Assembly (NCBI GenBank): GCA_022749815.1
Contig: JAKIWV010000005.1
Location: 23,315-87,314 of the forward strand
Direction: 5' to 3'
DNA: 64,000 nt
From: Thermoplasmata archaeon
GTDB taxonomy: Archaea; Thermoplasmatota; Thermoplasmata; Lutacidiplasmatales; UBA184
Part shown: positions 57,354 to 64,000 of the stretch, in pieces
How positions within the stretch are numbered: the stretch's first letter is position 1
Layout: each line of letters begins with the position of its first letter
Translations under genes and position numbers: made by a program
Notes under the pieces: generated by a model
Told to the model about the DNA's origin: nothing
The model's input: the letters and a program-made list of their open reading frames with translations, nothing else
Databases searched by the model: none

Positions 57354-58237
57354 TCGCCCTCGCTCTCGCCGGCGAGCGATTCCAGCGCCCCGGCGAGCGT
57401 CGTCGGTCGAAAGCCGAGTTCCATGAGCCGCCCAGGGACGAGGCCGGGATGGCGCTCGGAGACCCTGGGAGGCATGGTCCCCAGACGTCCGACTCTCTGG
57501 CGTAGAGAGTCCGCTAGGTCGGCGCGCCGTACCGGCTCCGGGACCGCCACATTAAATCGCCCCGAGACGGGATCCTCGACGAGTCGGCGCAGCGCCGATG
57601 CGGCATCGGGGACGAAGGTCGGCTGCAAGATGTCGGAAGACCCGTCAGGGCGTGTCAGCAGCTCGGCGGCCAGTCGTCGGTCGCATTCCGGAGCGACCGA
57701 CCAGCCGAAGAGTGCCGAGACTCGGAGGATGGCGACCGAGCCGACGAGCCGCCCGAGGAGGGCCTCCGCCTCGGCCCACGTTCCGCCGTACCACGAGGGG
57801 TTCTCCCTCCACTGAATGGGGACGGTCGATTCAGGTGCGGGACCCCCTGATTCTGGGAAAACCTCGTCGGTGGAGACTACGATGAGCCGCTTGTGCTCGG
57901 AAACGGCGGCCCGTCCGATCGCTTCCGTCGCGAGGACGTTGGTGTCCCAGGCTATGCCCGACGGCAACGCTCCCGGTCCGGGGCGCTCCTCCTGACAGAG
58001 CCGTCGGTCCCCCTCCTGCAGGAAGCTCACGACCGTGTCGCAGTCGTTGGCCCGGACGGCGTATTCGAGGGGACCCACCTCTCGCGCGTCGACCACGTGG
58101 ACCGTCTCGTATCGGTCCGGCGCGTGCGCTGCGCTCCGGCGACCGACTCCCTCGAAGGCCCACCCCGCGGGGGCCCGGAGGACGAACTCTTCGGCAAGAC
58201 CCGAACTCGGCCCGATCAACAGAATACGTCGCGGCAC
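57350..58237 (-). CDS. RmlD-like sugar-nucleotide-binding extended SDR (divergent)
   Basis: ILLIGPSSGL, STDEVF, NP.SWYGGTW, LRVS.LFG, PTFV.D. Confidence 0.75.
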   Translation of the reverse strand: MPRRILLIGPSSGLAEEFVLRAPAGWAFEGVGRRSAAHAPDRYETVHVVDAREVGPLEYAVRANDCDTVVSFLQEGDRRLCQEERPGPGALPSGIAWDTNVLATEAIGRAAVSEHKRLIVVSTDEVFPESGGPAPESTVPIQWRENPSWYGGTWAEAEALLGRLVGSVAILRVSALFGWSVAPECDRRLAAELLTRPDGSSDILQPTFVPDAASALRRLVEDPVSGRFNVAVPEPVRRADLADSLRQRVGRLGTMPPRVSERHPGLVPGRLMELGFRPTTLAGALESLAGESEGD

Positions 58238-58304
58238 TCTCGGACTCCCGTTCTCGACCGGCAACCAACTAGACCCTCGCCGACATCCGGAGTTCTGGAG
58301 GCGT

Positions 58305-58895
58305 TCAACGGTTAGCGCTTGGAAGGGTATGGCGCCCAGAAGATTGCGGGCTCGGCGCGAGCCAGCCAAGACGCTCGAGCTCTCCGAGCACGTAATCGGC
58401 GGACTCGGCGGGGGTCATCCGGGTCGTGTCGACGGTGATCTCTGGCCGCAGGGGCACCTCGTACGGGTCGTCGACGCCGGTGAATTCGTGGATCTCCCCC
58501 GCGCGGGCCCGTTTGTAGAGCCCCTTCACGTCCCGCTGCTCGCACACCTCGACCGGGGTCCGAATGTATACCTCAACGAACTGGCTCACCTCCTGGCGGG
58601 CCTGGGCCCGGGAGGAAGCGTAGGGGGAGATCAACGCGACGATCGGGATGACGCCATTCCGTGCGAGTAGCTTGGCCACGAAAGTCACCCGCTTCGCGTG
58701 CTGTTCACGGGAGGAACGGTCGAAGCCCAGGTCGGAACTGAGCCCCCTACGCACCTCGTCCCCATCCAACAGCTCGATCCGCCGCCCACGGTCCACCAGG
58801 CGGGGGGCTAGCTCGTGGGATATGGTGGTCTTGCCCGAGCAGGGTAGTCCGGTCAGCCAGAGGCAGAATCCCTTGCCGGCCTGTTCGGGCTCCAT
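58305..58895 (-). CDS. cysC: adenylyl-sulfate kinase
   Basis: WLTGLPCSGKTT, LDGD.VR, ISPY, RDVKGLY, FTGVDDPYE. Confidence 0.96.
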   Translation of the reverse strand: MEPEQAGKGFCLWLTGLPCSGKTTISHELAPRLVDRGRRIELLDGDEVRRGLSSDLGFDRSSREQHAKRVTFVAKLLARNGVIPIVALISPYASSRAQARQEVSQFVEVYIRTPVEVCEQRDVKGLYKRARAGEIHEFTGVDDPYEVPLRPEITVDTTRMTPAESADYVLGELERLGWLAPSPQSSGRHTLPSANR

Positions 58896-58949
58896 TGGGG
58901 GTTTCCACGGGATGGAGAGGATAATGAGCGTTTGCTCGTGGCCCGGAGG

Positions 58950-59168
58950 CTAACCGGGCCGCCGAGGCGTCTCTAGGAGCCGCCGTCGATCCCGAGCGGA
59001 CCCACGCCCGACGTAGAGGAAGAAAACCCCGAAACCCAAGAGGAAGACGCCGGCGGGCAGTATCCCGCAAAGGACGGGGGCTGGATTCTCCACAAACGCC
59101 ACGAGGAGCAGTCCTCCGGCCACGATCGACAGCCAACCGCCGAGAGCAAAGACACGCTCGGGTAGCAT
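58950..59168 (-). CDS. small 2-TM protein
   Basis: Two TM helices and an Arg tail. Confidence 0.65.
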   Translation of the reverse strand: MLPERVFALGGWLSIVAGGLLLVAFVENPAPVLCGILPAGVFLLGFGVFFLYVGRGSARDRRRLLETPRRPG

Positions 59169-59231
59169 GGTACGTCCCCCGGATTACGGGTGCGACACAC
59201 CCGGCGAGCCTCCGGAGCCGTTCAGGGGGTC

Positions 59232-59465
59232 TCAGAGGGCCTTGTCGGAGGTCCGGACCAGGATCGTCCCACAGTTGCGGCAGCGGAGCCCCTGGGCGTT
59301 GGCAGAGTAGGTCCCGTGGAAGCGGGTGGGAACTAGCACCTCGAGCCCAATGGGCCGCACGCGTGATTCCGAGGAATCCTTGGACCAGAACAACCCCGAC
59401 CCATTCGTTGTAGTCACGAAGCCGCTCTCGAGGGGGCCGCCACATGTAGCGCACGCGTTCTCCAA
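59232..59465 (-). CDS. small zinc-ribbon protein (DUF6487-like)
   Basis: C..CGG.LE.G, W, RC..CG; TTG after GGAGG. Confidence 0.7.
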   Translation of the reverse strand: MENACATCGGPLESGFVTTTNGSGLFWSKDSSESRVRPIGLEVLVPTRFHGTYSANAQGLRCRNCGTILVRTSDKAL

Positions 59466-59705
59466 GGAGTTCTCGCCTCCGGTCGCCGACCCGTGCCGAG
59501 TATCTTTCTTTTGCGGCGCAGCCGGCTGGAGAGGCGACACCCAGGCCGGGACATGCCACGGCCGTCGGGGGCTTCGGGAGATCGAGCGCATCATGCTCGT
59601 CACACTGAGGCGGGAGGGAAAAACTGGGGACCCTGCGTGGTCCGGGCACCGCGCAGGGTCCCGCTCAGACATCGTGAAATCAGAGAGGGATGAGTTCCGC
59701 CATGT

Positions 59706-59915
59706 TCACTCGATCCTCCGTGAGCGCCGGTGGCTGGCGCGAGCCACCGACCGTGATGTGTTCTCAAACGTCACGAGCCACTTCGGCCAGGCGGACTCCA
59801 TGAGCCGCGCCGGCGCGGGAGCGAGTCCCAGCACCACGTTGCGCGCACCGGGGGTCGACATCGCGAACGACGGTCGGTTGCGGAGAGGTGCCTGGCGGTC
59901 CAGGACCACGATCAT
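59706..59915 (-). CDS. hypothetical protein (69 aa)
   Basis: ATGA overlap with the upstream ORF. Confidence 0.4.
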   Translation of the reverse strand: MIVVLDRQAPLRNRPSFAMSTPGARNVVLGLAPAPARLMESAWPKWLVTFENTSRSVARASHRRSRRIE

Positions 59916-60280
59916 AGGTAGGCCTCATCGAACGAGGGCGAAGGCCACGGGATGGGCAGCTGGCTCACGCGGCGGGGGCCGGGCGGGAGCTCGCCACCCT
60001 GAGAAGAAAGGGCGCCTCGTTCCCGGGAAGCCACCGTGTCAAAAGGGAAATCGATGACGACCTCGGCCGGCTCAGGTAGCTTCATGAGCACGGGGAACGG
60101 TCCATGAACGACGACGGGGCAACCTTGCTCGATCCGGTTCGGGCGTTCCCAGAATGCCCGCCGCCGGGTTTCGTGCTGGCCCCCGCAGGAAGGACAGATG
60201 TTGGCCTGGGTGACCATCGTGCTGATCCCCCCGAGCCGGCCCCCGCTGCGAGTCGCCCCGATTTCGACCGACGGGCTCAT
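59912..60280 (-). CDS. hypothetical protein with a CPSC motif
   Basis: Divergent from the STAND gene; TTAAAT box about 27 nt upstream; alternative start at 60217. Confidence 0.5.
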   Translation of the reverse strand: MSPSVEIGATRSGGRLGGISTMVTQANICPSCGGQHETRRRAFWERPNRIEQGCPVVVHGPFPVLMKLPEPAEVVIDFPFDTVASRERGALSSQGGELPPGPRRVSQLPIPWPSPSFDEAYL

Positions 60281-60325
60281 GGTAAGCACTGGTGGGGCAA
60301 ATTTGGTATTTAAGCCGAGCCCGTA

Positions 60326-60339
60326 ATTTTGTACAAAAT
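60326..60339. promoter_or_regulatory. perfect palindrome ATTTTGTACAAAAT in a divergent promoter
   Basis: 14-bp palindrome plus a half-site TTTTGTAC at 60360. Confidence 0.65.
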
Positions 60340-60374
60340 AATCTAAGTATCTGCACTTCTTTTGTACTTCGTCT

Positions 60375-62807
60375 GTGCCGCTTGTAACGAACCTCCCGAT
60401 TGAGATCCTCGATTACATCGAGACACACGAGCCTCCGCCCGAGGCGGCGTATGGGATCAGCCAAAGAGAGCTCGCCGGCGCGCTAGGGTACCATCCCTGC
60501 TCGATGTCCCGCCCGCTGGCGGACCTTCTCGACGAGGGAAAGCTCCGGGCGCGGCGCGGAAACGTCCGCGGAGGAGCCCGTAAACAGATTGTTTACACCA
60601 TGAGCGACCCGGGTCGCCAGTTCCTGCAGAAGCAGACACGCGCCGTCCCTCTCCTTTCCGGCGCCCTTCCGGCCCCACCGAACCCGTTCGTCGGCCGCAA
60701 AGACGAATTGGCATTGCTCAGAGAATACTCGCGGTCGCCGGGCTCGCTAATCGTCGTGGAAGGAGCCCCGGGAATGGGCAAGACCGCTCTCGTTAGCCGG
60801 CATCTTCGCTCCATCAAGGCAGGGCGGGTGCCTTTCTGGTTCGCGGTCCGGGAGGCGAGCTCGCCCCGGGACCTGACGCTAGGCCTTGCTCACGCTCTGG
60901 CGGCGCTCGGGTCGCCACAACTTGCCTACTACGCTCAGCTGCCTCGACAGCCAGTCGGGCGTGAGGTTGCTAACCTCATCGCAAGGGCCCTGGGCGACCG
61001 GCAGTTGGTGGGGGTGATCGACGACGTCCAATTCGCAACGCCGGACCTCCGGCATTTCCTCGAGGACTTGGTTCCGGGGATCTTGAAGGACCGCGAGGAC
61101 CTCTTGTTCCTGGTCGGGCAACAGCTTCCCCGGTTCGATTGGACGGAGGTCCCGAACCAGCGGCTGACGATCGGTGGACTGGATCGTGCGGCGGCCCACG
61201 ACCTGACCGACCGACGAGGGGGACTGTCCGACCGGTTCGAACAAGTCTTCCAGGCCAGTCTGGGAAGCCCGCTTCTGCTTCTCCTCTCCGTCGGGACTCC
61301 CGGCGTCGAGGCCTCCTCGGCGACCCTTCCGTCTGTCGTGGTCAGCCGCCTGACCGAGCCTCAGGTCCGAGGACTTCTTCCGATCGCGCTGGCGAACGAG
61401 CCCCTCCCTCTCGCCTGGATCACCGAGACTAGCGAGCTCACCGTAACCGGCTTGACGGAGTTCACTCAAAGCGGGCTCTTGCAAAAGTCGGGCGGCAACC
61501 GAGTCGAGATGCTCCAAGTGGTCCGCAACGCGTTGCTTGACCGAGCGGAGGCGTCTTGGGAGAGGGAGGCCAGGCTCCAACTCGCACTCTTCTACGGCCG
61601 TAGCCACCGCCCCGATGCGCTCCGGGAACGGTTCTTGCACCTCGTCGCGGCGGAGGCTTGGAAGCAGTCTCTTGATGTGCTCGGTCGGCAGCAGAAAGCC
61701 CTCCTGTCGTTGGGGTATTCGGACCACCTGCGGAACGCTCTGCGCCGCTTGACGATGGGGTTGTCCTCCGGCCCCGGACGGATCAAGGTCCTCCGTGCTG
61801 AGGCCAATATCCTTCATCTCCACTCGCAACACGCTGAGGCAGTACTCGCACTCCGTCAAGCCGTGGCCGAGGCCCAAGGGGACGAGCGGTTGACCGGAGA
61901 ATGCCTTCTGGAAATGGTCGAACCGCAGATCCGAATGCGGCAAATAGACGAGGCGGCGAGAACGCTCGAAACGGTCCGCGGTTTGGGACTACTTACGTCG
62001 CGCCTCCAGGCCTTGTTCCTGCTCGACGAGTCCAGGATCCTCGACGCCAGGGGCGAGGTCGCGCGAGCGAAGGATACCTGTTACGAGGCATTCCAGCTCG
62101 CCCGCCGATTCCACCACTCCGACGTCGCTCTGCAAAGCGTCGCGAATTGGTCCCGCCTCGCCATCATCCGGGGCGACCAGGAAGCCGCGCTCGGAACGGT
62201 CGACGAGATGCTCCCAGAGGCTCGACGGTCGCAGCGCATGGACATCGTGTTCAACCTACTCCAGACCCGGGCCCGCGCGTACGCTGAGCTCGGGAAACTC
62301 GACCTCGCCGAGTCTGCTATGCTCGAGATAAAGAGGGAATCCGAGGCGCTCGGTTACCTCGGACAGCTCGCCTACTCTTTGAGCGGACTCTCTGCAATGG
62401 CGGCAGAAGCCGGGAAGTGGCCCGAGGCCCTAAGCTACGCGAAGCAGGCGAGTTCGCTGGCCGAGCGGTTGGGCATCGATACGATCCTAGCCCACACGCT
62501 TGCCGTGATGTGCTGGGCGGAGCGAAAGCAAGGTCTGCTCGAGGAGGCACGGCACCATGGCGAGCGAAGCCTCGCCGTCTTAGCTCGGTTGCCACCTTCG
62601 GACACTTCGGTGCTGGCGCACTCGTATCTCGCCGAGGTGTTTGTCGCCATGAAAGACGTCGGGCGGGCCCGCTCAGAATATGAAGAGGCGTTGAGGCTGA
62701 CCCGCACCTTGGGGACTGAATGGCTTCGGACGTCGATAGAAAAGGAGATGGTCGAAGCCTTGGGCGAGTCCCCCGAGACAAGGACCGGCTCGACCTCAAC
62801 CTCGTAG
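60375..62807 (+). CDS. wHTH - STAND-like ATPase - TPR regulator
   Basis: GISQRELA wHTH; FVGR..EL, GAPGMGKT, VIDD, G.PL; TPR array. Confidence 0.9.
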   Translation: MPLVTNLPIEILDYIETHEPPPEAAYGISQRELAGALGYHPCSMSRPLADLLDEGKLRARRGNVRGGARKQIVYTMSDPGRQFLQKQTRAVPLLSGALPAPPNPFVGRKDELALLREYSRSPGSLIVVEGAPGMGKTALVSRHLRSIKAGRVPFWFAVREASSPRDLTLGLAHALAALGSPQLAYYAQLPRQPVGREVANLIARALGDRQLVGVIDDVQFATPDLRHFLEDLVPGILKDREDLLFLVGQQLPRFDWTEVPNQRLTIGGLDRAAAHDLTDRRGGLSDRFEQVFQASLGSPLLLLLSVGTPGVEASSATLPSVVVSRLTEPQVRGLLPIALANEPLPLAWITETSELTVTGLTEFTQSGLLQKSGGNRVEMLQVVRNALLDRAEASWEREARLQLALFYGRSHRPDALRERFLHLVAAEAWKQSLDVLGRQQKALLSLGYSDHLRNALRRLTMGLSSGPGRIKVLRAEANILHLHSQHAEAVLALRQAVAEAQGDERLTGECLLEMVEPQIRMRQIDEAARTLETVRGLGLLTSRLQALFLLDESRILDARGEVARAKDTCYEAFQLARRFHHSDVALQSVANWSRLAIIRGDQEAALGTVDEMLPEARRSQRMDIVFNLLQTRARAYAELGKLDLAESAMLEIKRESEALGYLGQLAYSLSGLSAMAAEAGKWPEALSYAKQASSLAERLGIDTILAHTLAVMCWAERKQGLLEEARHHGERSLAVLARLPPSDTSVLAHSYLAEVFVAMKDVGRARSEYEEALRLTRTLGTEWLRTSIEKEMVEALGESPETRTGSTSTS

Positions 62808-63193
62808 GCATGTAACTGGCGTCACCGGTCGAGCGGAAGAGGAATCAGATTCCTCTTGCGAAACGGTTACAGTTGATCGTTGTGGACTGGGGGTAGGCAC
62901 GGAAGCATCCGATTTACACCTCCGGGCCGTCCTTCGGCTGTGGGTACTTCAACGTTTCGTACTGAATCTGTGCCGGTTCACCGAGTTATACAACGCGCAT
63001 CTATACCGATGTATACGTATAAAAATGAGGATTCTCATAACGGGCGGAAGCAGAGCGTTCCGCTTGGGCGAACGCGGGCCATGAACTACGTCGCGTTGAC
63101 GCGTGCTCCGCGCAGGTGGGGGACATGCCCGGGGGGCGGAAAAACCCTTTGGCGGCGGGCCTCCGTGCTGGAAACTCCCCGAATCGAGAGCGC

Positions 63194-63814
63194 TCAGTCC
63201 GTCGGCTGGAACAGGTTGGCTTTCCTCATCCGGTGGATCACCTTCACGTCGTCCACGTCGTACCGCGTCTCCATCCAGGGATCCGCTACGTTCGAGTAAC
63301 CGCGAACTTCCCAGAAACCTGGCTCATCCTTTTCGACAAACCGGAGTCCCCGGAGCCATTTCGCGCTCTTGTAAAAGTACCGCCTCGGAACGAACATACG
63401 GACCGGCCCACCGTGTTCCGGCGGCAGGGGGGCGTTGTCGTACGTGTGCGCGATGAGGACTGTGTCCTCCATCAGAGGCTCGATCGGGAGCGACGTGGTG
63501 AACCGCTGCTCGCACTCCATCACAACAAAATGGGCATTGGGGTGCGGCCGGACACGGTCGGCAATCGACCGGAAGGGGACTCCGACCCAGGTGGTGTCGA
63601 GCTTGGTCCACGACGTCACGCAATGGATGTCGGTCGTGACCGTCTTCTGGGGCATCGCGAGGAGGTCGGCGAACGAGAGCGTCTGGGGAAACTCGATTGC
63701 TCCCGAGAGTTTCAACGTCCAGTTCTCCCTCGTGAGTGAATAGGGGACGGTCCCCGCGTGGAGGATCGGATAGCCCTTCGTGATCACTTGCCCGGGGGGG
63801 ATGCGCGCGTTCAC
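63194..63814 (-). CDS. sulfite oxidase-like molybdopterin oxidoreductase
   Basis: PPGQ, DIHCVT.W, W.GV, HGGPVR, YKSAKW, GFWE.RGY. Confidence 0.93.
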   Translation of the reverse strand: MNARIPPGQVITKGYPILHAGTVPYSLTRENWTLKLSGAIEFPQTLSFADLLAMPQKTVTTDIHCVTSWTKLDTTWVGVPFRSIADRVRPHPNAHFVVMECEQRFTTSLPIEPLMEDTVLIAHTYDNAPLPPEHGGPVRMFVPRRYFYKSAKWLRGLRFVEKDEPGFWEVRGYSNVADPWMETRYDVDDVKVIHRMRKANLFQPTD

Positions 63815-63888
63815 GGGGATCTCCGGGGCTCGGGGGTTGTCATGTCCCTCTCCCGAATACTTCTTCCGGCGGGGGGGCTACCCGATTA

Positions 63889-63999
63889 TCATTTCCCGAC
63901 CGGTCGGATCTTGACTTCATCGCCAGTCCACTCGAACTTGAGGCGCCGCCGCGGTTGCCATTTCTTCCGGTGGTCCCACAGCCCTCCGGCAAGCAACGG
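63889..63999 (-). CDS. C-terminal fragment of an unknown CDS running off the window
   Basis: Open frame PLLAGGLWDHRKKWQPRRRLKFEWTGDEVKIRPVGK*. Confidence 0.4.
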   Translation of the reverse strand, partial: PLLAGGLWDHRKKWQPRRRLKFEWTGDEVKIRPVGK

Positions 64000-64000
64000 G

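Noticed and set aside
62790-62812. AACCTCGTAGGC resembling the 3' end of a c-di-AMP riboswitch
   Set aside because: It lies in a coding end and the other conserved elements are absent
1-64000. CRISPR array, rRNA, SRP or RNase P RNA, integrase
   Set aside because: No regularly spaced repeats or diagnostic motifs were found by eye
1-64000. Numerous long overlapping alternative-frame ORFs
   Set aside because: Expected shadow ORFs in high-GC DNA; Arg/Pro/Gly-rich and without motifs

Overview
High-GC archaeal chromosome segment, most consistent with class Thermoplasmata (inferred from rpl39e/rpl31e/eIF6, rps17e, aRF1, archaeal TIM, Taw1, Sec61-beta and a TPP riboswitch). Most of it is housekeeping and transport genes. 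There is an accessory stretch at about 21-33 kb ending at tRNA-Arg(CCT). It holds secreted proteins, a wHTH regulator flanked by two matching operator-like sites, ChrB/MFS, an eroded IS630, a pseudogene and a cyclase islet bounded by a degenerate tRNA 3' copy. The most striking element is a three-gene operon at 2.4-8.3 kb: a vWA-TPR protein, a TRAFAC GTPase with large insertions, and a 1059-aa protein. The N-terminus of the third protein resembles by eye a longin/DENN (or GAP1-N) module and is followed by about 550 aa of coiled coil. This is a candidate undescribed GTPase/GEF/tether or conflict system. All assignments come from visual motif recognition; no searches were run.
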